Below are positions 25,101 to 38,317 of a DNA stretch of 64,000 bases, one piece after another. Source of the DNA: Vicugna vicugna (lineage: Eukaryota); assembly GCA_013265495.1 (NCBI GenBank), contig MU058059.1, positions 3,511,502 through 3,575,501 of the forward strand. Reading direction: 5' to 3'. Under the pieces are notes generated by a model. The model was not told the origin of the DNA and ran no database searches. It was given only the letters and a program-made list of their open reading frames with translations. Every line of letters starts with the position of its first letter. The stretch's first letter is position 1. The translations under genes and the position numbers were made by a program.

Positions 25101-25601
25101 GGGGAGTCGATGGCGCTGTGCCTGGACCTCACCAGTGGCCTGTCGCTAAGACCGTCAGGTACCCTGCTGACCACATGGCAGAGCTGCGTTGACAGCATCC
25201 GTGGAGGGAGACGGTCAGTGAGAGTTAAGTGTGACTGAAGGAGGCCTTTCCAGCAGGAGGGTGGTTGGCCTTCGGCGAGACTCACATCCCGATGCAGGAT
25301 GGGTGGAAATGGCAAGGTTTGGAGGGTCTCCCAGACTCCTGGGGCGCTAACTGCTGCACGCTTCCAGGGAGTCCCCGTCGCAAACAGTCACCCTGTTTGT
25401 CCACCCCCTTTGTCAGGCAGGGAGAATAAAGAAGTGCTAATACAGCAGGGGAGCAGCCAAGTCCTGCTGAGTGGCAGGGAGAGGGTGTGGGCCTTTGCGT
25501 TGCAGCCAGCACGCAGGGACGATCTCAGTGTTTCCCTCACGGCCCTTTGTCCTTGTCTTCGTCGTCGTCTTCCTCTTCCTCTCCTTCTCCCCCTCTCTCC
25601 C

Positions 25602-25722
25602 TTTGCTTTTTTGGGGGGAGGGGTAATTAGGTTTATTTATTCTTGAAGGAGGTCCTGGGGATGGAACCCAGGACCTCGTGCACACTGAGCACATGCTCTC
25701 CCACCGAGCTGTCCCCTCCCCC
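25602..25722 (-). mobile_element. Camelid Vic-1-type SINE
   Basis: ggggaggggtaattaggtttatttatt..ggaggtcctggggatggaacccaggacctcgtgc..gagctgtcccctcccc. Confidence 0.85.
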
Positions 25723-27399
25723 CCCGTGAGGTTTTGGTTTGACTCATACAAGTAGATGGGAAGATGCCCATTTAAAGAGGTGTGTAAACAAGCTCCCAAG
25801 ACCAGTGATGATGCTTTAATAAGTCAGCCCCGAGACCTGCTTTTGATGGAAGTGGTTTTGCTTAAAAATAATTTATCTTCCTTGAATTCTGCGACTTTCT
25901 CAGTTCTGTGCGACAACGTTCCCTGTACAGGCATCACCAGCACATGAGGAAGAATGACTAGCAGATGCGCAAATAATTTTCACGTGCTTGAAGCTATCAA
26001 ACCATACATTCGTTACCAAAAATAAACACGGTGGGTATAATATCTGAGCCCATGTGTGTATCTCAATCACTTAGAAAAGAAGTCTTGGCGTAAAGTCAGG
26101 TGATAACACCTGCGTGGAGGTTTGTGTAACACCAGTCTGCGATGGTCTGGGTTCCGGAAGGGCTGGTTCTCACGAGGACTTTCCCGAGCCGAGGCCCCAT
26201 CGGGCCCCCGGGCAGATGCCAGGGTGGGTCTGGGAGGACCCCTGGGTCTCTCCTGCTCACGTGTGCCCCCTGCTGCCGGGCTGCAGGGAGCCTCCTCCTC
26301 CGCACAAGCAAACCCAGCTCTGTCTGTCTCCCCCAACGCCCCCCGCATCCTCACGCCCCTGGAGCCGCAGTGACAGACCTGGGCGCCGGCCACCTCAGCA
26401 CCAGCTTTTGCTGTCTTACAACCCAGATCAGTAAGTGTGTGTGATTTGGGTGACGGTCATTTGAAATGTGGCTAATACGAAGGAATGTGGGGGGAAAACA
26501 GCGTGGAAAGTTACGTTTACACAGAGAAGCTGAAGGAAGGACAATTTGTACCCTGCCCCGTCTACCTGGATAACGTCTGTTCATCCTTAGATACGGGATT
26601 ACAAACCTCAGACGCTACAGGAAGGCACAGGATAAAAAGCCAGGGCTCCCCACCTTGGTGACCCCTGTTCCAGTGTCCTTGCCATTTTTTTAAAGGCATT
26701 GTTTCAGTCTTGTGAGCTTGTGCTCACGCACGTGGATTTTTTTTTTTTAATAAAGGAGTCGTTGCAGATTTGTAAATGGATTTTTTCAATCAGCGTGTCG
26801 TAGGATGCGTCCCATGAATACCGGCACCTGCGGATGGGCGGGGTTGTTTTGAGTGGCCTCCCAGTCGCCGTGATGACAGCCGGCAGTTACGGATGTCTGC
26901 GGTCCGCCGGCACGGTCCTCCGCGCTGCGGGCACGTGGGCTCGTCCAGCCCTCACGGCAATCCCAGCAGGCCGGCCCTGCTCTTGTGCCTGTCTTACAGA
27001 GGAGGGGCGGAAGCACACAGACGACTAGTAAGAAAGGTAACCTTCATACGTCTGATCCCAAACCCACACTCAGCCCCACGGAGTCCTGCTCCCGTCCGCA
27101 CTTAGTCTGTGGGAGAGCTGGGGGTTATAGCTTACAGGCTCCCTGCGTTCCACTCCGTGACCGATGCTTCCTGTTCCTCCCTTGTCACCGTGTTCCCTCC
27201 AGTGTGTGCCCGTGTGTCTCACACTCCAGGCTGTGGCCTCCAGGGGCCTTCGTTTTAGTGGAGTTCCCTTCGTGGTGTTCTCCAGTTAGGAGAGACAGGG
27301 AATAACTCAAAATAGTAAAACAGCTATGATCAAAGTTTGCAGAATTACTCCCAAGAATGGCTATCACATCCCTTAGCCCAGAAAAGAGAGTGTGCATTA

Positions 27400-27620
27400 T
27401 TTATTTTTATTAATTTTTCAATTGAAGTATAGTCGATTTGCAGTGTTGTGTTAGTTTCTGGTGTTCAGCATAGTGATTCAGCTATACACACACTCACGTA
27501 TATATGTTCCCTTTCCTATTCTTTTTCATTGTAGGCTATTTCAAGGTATAGGATGTAGTTCCCTGTGCTCTGCAGCAGGACCCTGTTGTCATCTGTTTTA
27601 TATGTCGTCGTTAGTATCTG
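27400..27620 (-). mobile_element. L1 3'-end fragment (cetartiodactyl-type)
   Basis: T-rich tail then attgaagtatagtcgatttgcagtgttgtgttagtttctggtg..agttccctgtgct; homologous to copies at about 34100 and 34560. Confidence 0.8.
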
Positions 27621-28910
27621 GGTTAGCCCTACCTGTGCGTGATTTCTGTAGCTTGGCGTGCGTGCAAAAAGCCATCTCAGAGTCGTCTTCTCCTCACGGG
27701 AGGCAGGTCCTGGTGGTCCCTCTGGGATGCCACGCGGCTGAGGAACACGCTGACACTTGGTGAGGTGTCCCCTGCCACGCAGCACGTGGTCCCGGGATTG
27801 AAGGTGGGGCTGTGGAAGCCCCTAAGCCTTGGTCCGTGCTGTTTATTGCTTCCTCTTTTCGCACCAGGTCTCTGTGTTTCCCCAGCTGAGCTTCAGATTG
27901 AAACATGTCGGGTATCCCAGCCCGCAGTCAGAGGGTGGGTGCTGGGATGCGTTGTGAATCGGTCGCGTCCTCACGGAGGGGTTCTCGGGTGGGGGGAGAT
28001 CGCAGAGACGGGTGTGGGCGAGAACGCTTTGTGCCGGGGAGTGGTGTTTTGGCTTTGGCAGGGGAGGGAGGGAACAGAGCACCGTGAAGGCCGCCAGCCT
28101 TGTGGCTGCTGTTCTGAGGAAGCATAAGCCGCTAGCTGGTTTGGATCTAGAGTCAAGATGGAACGTAACAGAAAACTCAAGCCCCAGATAATTCTCCTTG
28201 GGTCAGCGGAACGGCAGACGTGCTGACCCCGGGCTCCTGGCCGCCACAGATAGTCTGCCGTTCAGATCCGCTTAGCAGAAGATGCTCCCATCTTGCATAA
28301 CCGCAGGCTTGGCACTCGCTGGGACTCCGGGAGTTCTTTCTTAAATATCCCAGTCGTCTTCTGGGAGAGAGGCAGGCACAGAAAACGGGGGACTGTGCGG
28401 GCAGGTTTACCGGCGTGTTTTCAGATGAGTCAGACACTTGGGAAAATCTCGTTGGTGCCAGTTTGGGTCAGACGCCAGATTTTCATGGGTAGGAGCCAAA
28501 GTCTGAGATGAGGTGCCCAGGTCCCATGGTCAGATCCCTGTGGAGAGGGAGCTCGTGCTCTGAGGTCCGCGGAGGCCTGCAGTAGCACTCCTGACCCTGA
28601 AGACGTCCAGACCACGCAGCGAAGAAGCATGCTTTCTTTGGTTCTTCTGAGAAAATTACTGTCCGTACACTTCTGGCCCGCTGGCCTCCCTCCTCCAGAA
28701 ACCAGAAGGATGATTTCACTCCTGGAAGAAGTAATCGTCTTTCCTAGCGTGTCTGGTGCTGGTTGTCTGTCATTTTTTGTTTGTTAGTTTTCTAAGTCAA
28801 TTGGTTGAGTTTTTGGAAAGCTAAAATATAGAAATGGACGTCCTCTGACAAGTTAGAGGCTGCACATGGCTTTCTATGACTGAGACTCTGAGTGCATGGG
28901 TAACAATGCC

Positions 28911-29009
28911 TTTATTTTTTATTATGTTTTAAGTGGAGGTACTGGGGATTGAACCCAGGACCTTGGCTGTGCTAAGTATGCGTTCTACAGGTGAGCTATA
29001 CACCCCCCC
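28911..29009 (-). mobile_element. Camelid Vic-1-type SINE
   Basis: ggaggtactggggattgaacccaggacctt..gctaagtatgcgttctac..gagctatacacccccc. Confidence 0.85.
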
Positions 29010-30556
29010 TCCTTGTGATGCCTGTAAACCATGACCATGAAGCATGCCCCAGGATAGCCAGTGGCCCAGGAGGTGATCCTGATGCTTCGGCTGCAGGCAG
29101 CCGAGCTTGCTGTCAGCTAGGCGCAGATGCCAGGCAGTGGCGATCTTCCCAGGCTGTTTGGATGTTTCCTTCTCCAACCAGTGGTAGTGCAGCATGGTAT
29201 GTAGTTACAGTTTGGATGTCAAACTGCCTGGAAAAAATAGTGAATGTGATGGTGTGATGGCAAAGTCCAGGGAGGAAGGAAAGGGGCCGTGGGATGGTGT
29301 GATCTGACGGGGGTCAGCCGTCGAAACCTTACGAAACCTTCCTCCTGGGACCAGGCCTTGGACACGCAGCCCCCGCTGTGCTGCTGGTGGACGTCAGCTG
29401 GTTCTAGCATGCCCTGAGACCCAGTTTGAAAATAAAAAAGACTGTAATGTCCCACAGAACCCAGAACAGGAATGCAGCTGGGCCTCGGGAGGCAGGGAGG
29501 TTCCAGGAACACTAGGCCCGGGCTCCTAGACTTACGTTCTCCTTGCACAACTGCCGCCCTTTCCTGCTTGCAGGGCGTTGGCTACCTCCAGCCTCTGCTT
29601 CACATGGGGCGGTCCTCGCCTCAGGGGGCGTCGTCTCTGTTTCCCCACCTCCGAGTGGAGTGACTCTAAGCCTGCCTGACAGTGTGGGGCTCCTTGTCTG
29701 AGCAGGCACATGGAGTCCGGGGCGTGGGGGCCAGGGCGGCTCGGCATCCAGGGGTTTCTGTACTTGGCGGCACAGGGTTGAGCAGATCCTGCTGACAGAT
29801 CACTCTTCTGAACTTCCTGTTTCTGATCACGTCTGACACGTTGTGGGATATCTCAGCACCGTGCAGCACCTGTGCGATTGTCGATACATACGCTCTGACC
29901 AGAGGGCGCACACACGCCTCTGCCGTCAGGCACGTGCGGGAGGCTCGTGCTTCACGGGGTGTCCACATCCGTATAGGATGTCTCCCCACAGCTCCAGAAT
30001 GTTCAGTGATTCATGCAAGGGACACTTCCTGTCTTGAGAAGCATACACTATGCATTTTCTTTCCTGATCCTAAAATAAACTTCTTAAAGGGATGTACACC
30101 CACAGATCTTGAAATACCCACAGACAGAATTTCACGGTGTTTGTACACGAAGTTCAAATGGGTACTGATACCGCGGTGTCAGCGTGAAGAGGAGGGTGGC
30201 CAGGACGGTGGGCTTTTTATCAACCTATCTGCATCTGTTTGCATAAAATTAAGTTCTGGTATAAAAATTAACCAAAGTTGTTCATTTATAGGAAACAACT
30301 GCCTGTTATTTCACTTTTAGATTTCTTAACTCTGAATTTTTTTCCTCCCTAGCTTTTTTTTTTGGAAAGAATTCTATTTTTATTTTGTGTGTATTCTAGT
30401 TAAGTTAAATTATCTGTACTAACGTGAAATAAATCTTACATTTTGTTCAAGCTTTTTAAAAATTGTAAATTATTAGGTTAATGCAGCATACATTTGCATA
30501 ATACAAGCATTTTTATGACTGTGAAACCCTTACCAAGTTCTTTTCTTTGCTTCAAT

Positions 30557-30860
30557 CTTTTTCTTTTTTGAGCTATACTTGACGTATGACATTGTATAGT
30601 TTCAGGAGCACAGCATAATGATTTGGTATTTGTGTACGTCATGACATGAGCGCCACGGTAAGCCTAGTTAGCGTCCGTCACTGTGCATAGTTACAGATTT
30701 TTTTCTTGTGACAGGATCTTTTAAGGTCTGCTCTCTTAAAACTGGTAAATGTACAATGAGTCTTGTTAACTGTGGTCACATGCTGTACATTCCATCCCCA
30801 GGACTTCTTTATCTTCTAACTGGAAGTTTGTACCTTTTGACCCCCTCCACCATTTTGCTT
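30557..30860 (-). mobile_element. L1 3'-end fragment
   Basis: ttttttgagctatacttgacgtatgacattgtatagtttcagg..catccccaggacttctttatcttctaactggaagtttgtaccttttgacc. Confidence 0.8.
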
Positions 30861-33800
30861 TTGAGGGTCCTTCTGGTCCCGCACGCTGAGGTTCTGTGAG
30901 GTTCTGTCGACTTCGTAGGACTGAGAATCGTTCAGTGTTGAGGAGAGAACGTCTTGGGAGATGGAGGCCTGGAGTTGTCCTGACCCCCTTTCTGCGAGCT
31001 GTACTGGGAATTGTATCAGGCCTCAAGATCTCCATCTTTACAATGGGAACAGCAGCCCCCCAGGGTCACCGTGAAGACCAGAGGCAGTAATGACCGTGAG
31101 CGTGTCCTGTGAGCCATAGAGCCTTTAGACCCCGGGTTGAGGTAAAGAAAGGCCGTTGCTTTCCTTCCTCACGGACTTCTGATAAAGGCCGTGTTCTTCC
31201 TAGCACATCACCATCAGGGGATTGTGATGCCAGGGGAATCCTGCGGGGGGCCTGAGCCGTTGCACCCCAGGATGGGGGCCTGCTGCCCCTGGTCACCGCT
31301 GCGCCTTGGGGTCACGAGGAGGAAACCCCAGCTCCCCGGGCCGTTGGGACCTTGAGGCCTGGCCCTGTATCTTGTTCCTGTGTGTGTCTGTGTGTTTACA
31401 GGAGAGGATGCATCCCTTTGAATCTCCAGTCCCGAACACAGCGCTGGCGGTATCTCGGGCACAAGGAAGTGTTGGTGAGCGGAAGGGAAGCGTGTGGTAC
31501 CCGTGTGCATCCCCGGGCTCGTCACGGGATGGGGAGCCCAGCTGGTGCTTGTCGGGAGGGGGTAGGTACAGGATGAGGTCAAGAGCTGGAGCATCTGAGG
31601 CACAGACCGGGGTCACCTGCTGGCCCCCTGGGGCCGTTTTCCTGCTGTGAGGGGTACTCATAGCTCGCCTTTCAGAGGCCTGTGTGGAAGGTTAAATAAA
31701 ATGACACAAGTTAGCATGGAGTCTGACTCAACGAGGCGTCAGCCCCCACCGTCACCGTCCCGCGAGTACATGATCGGTGGTGCTACTAGCTCGCTGACCA
31801 TCGAGATTCAGAACCTGGACGCCCAGAAGCCCTGTTGGCCCTGAGGTCCTCCCTGCTCTTTGCTTCTCCCCGAGTCACCGCTTTTGTTGCCATTTCGACT
31901 CAACTGGGCACCTGCAGTTACGTTTTAGTCCAAGTTCACTTCCGTGCCCTTGCCCTCACCCCTGTCGGCAGGTGCCGCCCCTCTCGGGTGAGGTTTCAGA
32001 ACTTTCCACGCTGGAGGGGAGGCAGGTGCTTTTCAGACCAGAGCTGTGCCTTGGCATTAATGATGTGAGGTCGGCTCAGCATCCAGCCAGCGTTGGAGAG
32101 CAGACCTGCTGGCGCTTGCTTGCTTCCTCGGTGTCCTTCCGCTGGCCTCTGGCTGGGGGGCAGTTGAGGACACTGTCCGGGGGTCAGAGCGTATTTCCCT
32201 GGTGCTTCTGCTGATTGTCGGCAGTGCCCCCTTCACGCCGTTCCTGGGGAATGCGTCCACATGAGTCTGTCTTCGCCTCAAGTCCAGAAGCCACATCTAT
32301 TTTCTCTCCTTTGGACAATGAAGGAATGAGTGTGCCTCACCTTTGACCCCAAGGTTGGGTGATGGGAGCCAGCAGGGGCGTCTGCTGGGCTCTGCTCGGG
32401 GCTGCGCCGTGGGGGCTTCTGGCAGCTGTGATGCTGGCAGCCTGTGTGTCCTGCTCAGGTCTCTTAAACGACGTGTGATGCTTTAGCATTTACTTCCAAA
32501 GGAAGGGCCGCAGTAATTTCCCTCGAGTTGGAAACTCACTGCTGACTTTTATTTGGGTTTTGTAAAGTCTCCGAAACACTTGCAGAAGTGCTGGCTGGCC
32601 GTGGGAACTAAACTGTGAGAAAGTCACACCAGCATGATCGTTTCGGGGACGGTTGCTCTCACGCCCGGTGGGCCCAGCCTTTCCCGCCAATACCCTTCCC
32701 CCAGTCCTGCAAGCTCCTTTCCTGACACCAGTGTGGGAATCAAGTCTAGGGCTGGGTACCGCTGACTGTCATACACCAGGACGGTCCTGGCGGGTCTTGG
32801 GTCAGAAGCTCCTGACCTACTGGGGACAGCCACAGAGTCAGGAAGGTGGGGAAGTTGTGAGCAGCCTGGTATCCCCGGCTTGTGAATGATGTGAAGGGGT
32901 GTGATTATTTGCTCGGGTTTACAGTTGACAGGGGTGCAGGCACATCCATATAACCTAGTGTCTTGACTGAGGATCACAGCAGTCAGCTGTCTGCATCACA
33001 CAGGATCTCGGCTGAGGGTCAGCAAAGCGTTGAGCGTTCATTCATTTGAGCGAGTGGGCTGAGGACACCGACTTTCATGCTTGTCGGAGTCAGGATGTAC
33101 AGACAGTTCCTTTTGTCCACCGGGCAGAACTGAGCACAATCACCAACCAAGCTCTTGATGCAGAGTCTCAGCTCTGACCCAGGAGTCTCTGGCCGCCACC
33201 ATCTGTGAAAATGCCTGGCACATTGTAGGTGCTCAGTAGAAATGCAGCCGATGAGACAGCAGCCTCCGAAGTGCCCGTTTCCTGTTTCAGTTTCCTTGCT
33301 GCCTTTCAAGTTCCATACCCGGGGGATCTCCTTCGTTCCCATTGCCCTCTGGACGAAGTCCAGACTCCAAAGGCTGGTGAGAAGAGAAAGCAGAGGGCAG
33401 TGTCCGCCATCCGAGTCCAGAGCTCGGCGAGTCCACACCCCACCTTTCCCTTGAATGGCGGGTTTATGACGTGGCTGTGCCGTCAGGCACCAAGGAGGGG
33501 AAGGCACCCTGAATGACCTTTGGATGCATGGCCCGGATGTGTCTGTCACTAGGACTGTGTTGTCTTCAGGACCCCCTTGGTGGAGGGCTCGGGGCTTGGT
33601 GAGAAAGGGGAGCATCAGCACGGTGGTCCCGGACAGACATTTGCAGGGGTGTTAGGGCAGAAAACTGGGGGACGGGTGTTTGCCTCGCCTTTCATCTGAG
33701 GCTTTGCTTCTACACATCTCCTCCACAGAGATTCGGGATCTTAATGAGCGGTTCTTTAGAATGGTCTCCAGAGGTGGGTTCATAGGATTATCTGAAGCTG

Positions 33801-34084
33801 AGAGACGGGGAAACATGCCTGGGCTGTGTCCTCCACACTTCCTTTCTCCCGGCATCTCGCAGCCAAGCATCCGCGGTCACAGGCGCCAGGCACTCCGAGT
33901 GTGTGGGGGGAGGAGGTGCGGTAGGAGGACCCCTGGCGCTGGAGTCCCTGAGACCCCTGTGTGGGAAAACGACTCCAAACGAGGGAGGATGTTCCCAGCG
34001 AGAGGAGATGGTGCTTAATACAAGGGCACAGGGAGCTGGGGAGCGCTGCAGTGTCTGTAATGGAGATCTTGAGAGCACGCTCTA

Positions 34085-34212
34085 CACCATGGGTCAGTTT
34101 CTGGTGCACAGCATCGTGTTCCAGTCATACACATACATATATTCGTTTTCATACTCTTTCTCATTATCAGTTACTACAAGATATCGAATATAGTTCCCTG
34201 TGGTATTGTAAC
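34085..34212 (-). mobile_element. Short L1 3'-end fragment
   Basis: agtttctggtgcacagcatcgtgttccagtcatacac..tacaagatatcgaatatagttccctgtg; homologous to 27450-27570. Confidence 0.7.
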
Positions 34213-34551
34213 TGAGTGTTTGAGTATACTTCAAAAAATTGTGTAAAAATAAAAAAGTATTCTAAAGAAAGGAAAAATTAAGGGGGAAAAAAAGCTCGTT
34301 CTGAACTCCCCAGTCCTCTCCTTTCTGCTTGTGGAAGCTGTGGCGTCTCCCCCGAGCTTCACGCCTGAGATGAGTTCCTGCACCCGCAGTCGCTTCACCT
34401 GCTGGCTTCAGGTCTGTCCTCGCTGCTGACATCTTTCTGACTTGGTTTTGTCATTTAAAGTCAGGTAGTATCTTTCCTTTCCCGCGGCTCCAGGAGGAGT
34501 ATTCAGAATTGCTGCTCTCAGAGCAGAGCCTTGTAAGTCCTGTACAACTTT

Positions 34552-34964
34552 TTTTTTTTAATCGAAATTTAGTTGATTTACAGTGTTGTCTTCGTTTCTG
34601 ATATACAGCATTGTGATTCAGTTACACATATATGTATTCTTTCTCATATACTTTTTCACTATTGGCTGTTACAAGGTGTTGAATGTAGTTCGCTGTGCTA
34701 CCACAGGTCCTTGTTGTTTATGTATTTTGTATGTAGTGATTTGTATCTGCTAATCCCAAACTCCTAATTTATCCCTCCCCTCCCTCTCCTCCCTGGTAAC
34801 CATAAGTTTGTTTCTAGGTCTGTGAGTCTGTTTCTGTTGTGTAAATAAGTTCATTTTAGATTCCACATATAAGTGATAGCATATGGTGTTTGCCTTTCTC
34901 TGTCTGACTTACTTCACTTAGTATGATCATCTCCAGGTCCATCCATTTGGCTGCAAATGGCATT
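34552..34964 (-). mobile_element. 5'-truncated L1 3' end with degenerate TSD
   Basis: Poly-T then agttgatttacagtgttgt..ttagattccacatataagtgatagcatatgg..ctgacttacttcacttagtatgat; flanks agtcctgtacaacttt (34536-34551) and agtcctttacggcttt (34965-34980). Confidence 0.88.
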
Positions 34965-35145
34965 AGTCCTTTACGGCTTTGCCCTCATCCTCCATCAGGG
35001 GCCAACCTCTCATGCTCCTGCCCTGCCCTCAACTTTAACTTCCTCCTCTGCAAAATGGGGCTAACCCTACCTCACCAGTGTTGCTGCATGGATTAAATAA
35101 AATTGATTCAGAGCCAGTGCTTAATAAACGTTGCCCACTACCTCT

Positions 35146-35692
35146 GTATTGGTTATCCATGGCTGTGTAACAAGTTGCCCCCACATTTAATGGCTTAGAA
35201 TCATTATGCTGTACACCTGCAACTGAGGATGTTGTATGTCAGTTATATCTCAGTTTAAAAAATTTAATGGTTAAAAGCAGCCTACATGGAGTATCTCTGG
35301 GTTTTGTGTGTCAGGAATCTGGGCGCAGCTTAGGGGGCCTCTAGAATCAGGTGTTGCTGCACAGTGGGTCTGGGGCAGGGTCTGCTTGCAGGCTCCCTTG
35401 TGGCTGCTGGCAGGAGGCCGTTGCTGGGGTTCTGCCCAGATGTGCTCAGAGGCCTTTGTGGCTCCTGGCCAGAGCCCCTTGGTCCTCACCGTGTGGTCCC
35501 CCACCCACAGTGGCTCCTTCAGCAGAGCCTACAGGTGGGAGGACACATCTCAGCATTTTCTAACCTAACTTTGGGCGTGACAGCCATCGCTTTTGCCACC
35601 ATTTTTCTATTTTTTAGGAGCAAATCGTTGGGTCCAGGCCACGCACAGGAGGCAGGGATCACTGGGAGCCACTTTAGAAGCTGCCTGCTGCA
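35146..35692 (-). mobile_element. MaLR (MLT1-type) solo LTR containing a nested L1 3' stub
   Basis: Starts tgtattggttatccatggctgtgtaacaagttgccccc, contains tcaggaatctgggcgcagcttag and ends ttagaagctgcctgctgca; interrupted at 35201-35261. Confidence 0.7.
35201..35261 (+). mobile_element. Tiny L1 3'-terminal insertion nested in the LTR
   Basis: tcattatgctgtacacctgcaact..gttgtatgtcagttatatctcagtttaaaaa (L1 3' terminus) flanked by atttaatgg at 35185-35193 and 35262-35270. Confidence 0.7.
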
Positions 35693-38210
35693 ATGATGAC
35701 CATTGTTTATCCTTATTTGTTAGGTCTGCAACTGGAGAACAGTGAATATTGAGTGTTTTGTGAAAGCGTTACAGAATACGACAATGAAATCCAGCGTTGG
35801 TGCCTGCAGCCTATGCAGGGCACAGATTCTGTGGAACCAGTGGGCCCCCTGCTAGGAAGAGGGGGCCGTGTCTCTGCTGTTTGTCCAGTAATCCGCCTTG
35901 CCCAATCACCAGCCCATGTGTGTGTTTTGCTTGTGAGGGAAGGAAGGTGACAAAAGAACGGTTGGTTCCTTTGGCAGGAAGTGAGATTTAAGTAAAACAC
36001 TGGTTTTAAAAAACTTTTAAACAGTTAAGGTCACACCTTCCAAGACGCGCTAGATAAACTGAAGTTTTTGCTTAGCTGCGCAGAGTTTGTCCATGGGGAC
36101 AAACTGCTCTCTGGAAAAGCCGAGCAGCGGTGGGGTGGGGGTGGGGGGCTGCTGTAAGAATAACGGAAGTTGGGGGGTGATGGAACCCATCCGTCCCCAT
36201 TTGGGAAGTGTCTTCCTCCTCCTTCTTCAACGTTTCTGAGGAATGAGGCCGGAGGAGACATGGTGACCTTGAGGACTCCTTTCCGAGCTTGGGTGGGGAG
36301 GGCTGGGCCCTGAGGGCCTGGAGTCCCCTGGAACTCCTAGGACATGCCGTGGCCACCAGCAGGAAGGAGAAGCCACCCCCACTCTGGGGCCAGAGCACCG
36401 GGGGCTGGGCTGAGAGGCTGCCGAGCTTCAGAGCCCACCAGGTCTGCCCCCTCTGGGATAATGAGCAGCAACTAAATCGAACGACAGTAGAAAGGGACAG
36501 TATTTCATGGTCTGACGCTCCAGCCAGCTGTGTGACCTCAAGGAAGCCACGCAGCTTCCTCCTTTTGCAGGGCCAGGAGACTGGACAGGAGGGGCTGCGA
36601 CGGTCTCACCATCTGAGGAAAGGGAAGGAGCTTCCTTCCACGGTGTCAGGTCCACCAGGAGGAAAGGGGCCCTGGAGAGCCGCCAGCAGCCTGGTCCACC
36701 CATCCTTTCTCCTCCTCCACCCAGGATTTCCTGCATCAGACCTTTGTGTTTTCCTGTGGGATGGTCATGACTGCTGTGTGTGGGTGTGTGTCCCGGTCTG
36801 AACGAGGTCCTGCGCGAAGAGGAAGTCCCCGCGCTGGGTGATTCACGAGAGTGCCCGGCATCCTGCTTGCTCTCCTGTGCGGCCGTGAGCAGGGCCTTCC
36901 CCCTGTGGCCAGCAGGGGAACAGCAGCCTGGGAGGAGGCGGCCCCGCTCAGCACGAAGCCACTGGCCACAGGACATGATTTAGGTCGTGCTTTGTAAGAA
37001 CATTGTCCTTGTGGAGACAAACAAAAGGGAAACTTTGCCTGTTTTTTTTGTCCTGTTATTTCCTCCCTGTCCAATGCAGAAAAGAAAGATGTTGGGAGTT
37101 AAATTGTAAAGGAAAAAGAGACACCAAGCATATTTGGCAGAAGAATTAACTGTTAAATCTAAGTTCGAGCAGGCTTGCCGCTCTGACTCCTCAGAAAAGG
37201 CATGTTCTAGCCTGAGATACCTGTGGAAGGCAGTGAGCAGAAATGAATCATTTTCAAGATGGCTTTTGAGTTTTTCATCCTCAAGGGTATTTTAAGGGGC
37301 GGCCTTGCAGGACCCTTGGGCTCTTTTGAGGATCTGGAGCCAGTTTGGAGCAGAGCCCTCGGGTACAGCAAATGGACAGACTCCTGAATGTGTGCCCTGC
37401 AGCCGAGTCCTGACTGCGAGGACACGGTCTGGCTGGAGCCCTGGACGCGAGCGCCCTGGCAGGGGGGCTGTCAGAGGGCGGTTGTCTCAGCTAGGGAGAG
37501 GGGGGCCTGGGTGTGAACCGAAAGGACCCCAAGGGAGGCCACAGGGGAACAGCGCCTGGAAGGGAGGGTTCAGGTCCTGGGCTCTGCGTGCTGCAGAGGA
37601 ACAAGGGTGGCTCGGGCCCAGGGCAGGCTGCTGGCCCCGGGATGTGAGCCCTGCACAGTGCTGTTCTGATGAGTGTCACGAGCCAGTGGCCTGCCCCGGA
37701 TTTGCTGGAACTGTCCCCTCAACCTGGGAGCGACGGGCGCAGGTAACTTGGGTTGTCAGTAGTGTTTCAGATCTCACTTCGTATTTCAGCGTCACCTTTG
37801 TCTGAGTTTCAGCTTTTTTTCCTTGATCTTTAGGCTTTTAAAGTTATACTGTTACCGCTAGAGAAGCACGCGTGTCGCTGCTCTTTCCTTCTTGGGCTGA
37901 ATGTGTCCCGTTTCCCTTTCACGTATCGATCCCAGGGCTCAGTGGTCCCTCGGGGGAGGTGACGAGGACTTCCCTGAGCCCTGCACCTCCTTGCCTTGCC
38001 GTGGCTCTCGGAAGGGCAGCGGCTGCGACTTCACCTTGTCCCTCCTCCTTTGACGTGTTTCCACCACTGTGTTTTTAATTTCTGAGGGGTCAGCCTTGCT
38101 TTCTGAATAATCGTTCAAAGCCGCATCCTGCTCTTTTTGTGTGTGTGTAAATGGTTACTTCTTAGCTAAGCATGTCTTTTTAAAAGATTAAAATGCATCT
38201 CTGGTTAGTA

Positions 38211-38317
38211 GGGAGGGTATATAGCTCAGTAGTAGGGCAGGTGCCTATCGTGCATGAGGTCCTGGGTTCAATCCCCAGTCCCTCCTCTAAAAATAATAAT
38301 AACTTGCTAAAAATTTA
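38211..38317 (+). mobile_element. Camelid Vic-1-type SINE
   Basis: gggagggtatatagctcagtagtagggc..gaggtcctgggttcaatccccagt with A/B-box-like motifs and an A-rich tail; repeat aaaatgcatc at 38190-38199 and 38318-38327. Confidence 0.85.

Noticed and set aside
24184..25315. Two long overlapping minus-strand ORFs (261 and 278 aa) and a 171-aa plus-strand ORF
   Set aside because: Pro/Arg/Gly/Ala-rich, no recognisable domain, and open in several frames on both strands, as expected by chance in GC-rich intron DNA.
30290..30330. Acceptor-like ttatttcacttttag in intron 1 as a cryptic RAB31 exon
   Set aside because: No convincing downstream donor or open frame; it runs into T-rich low-complexity and L1 sequence.
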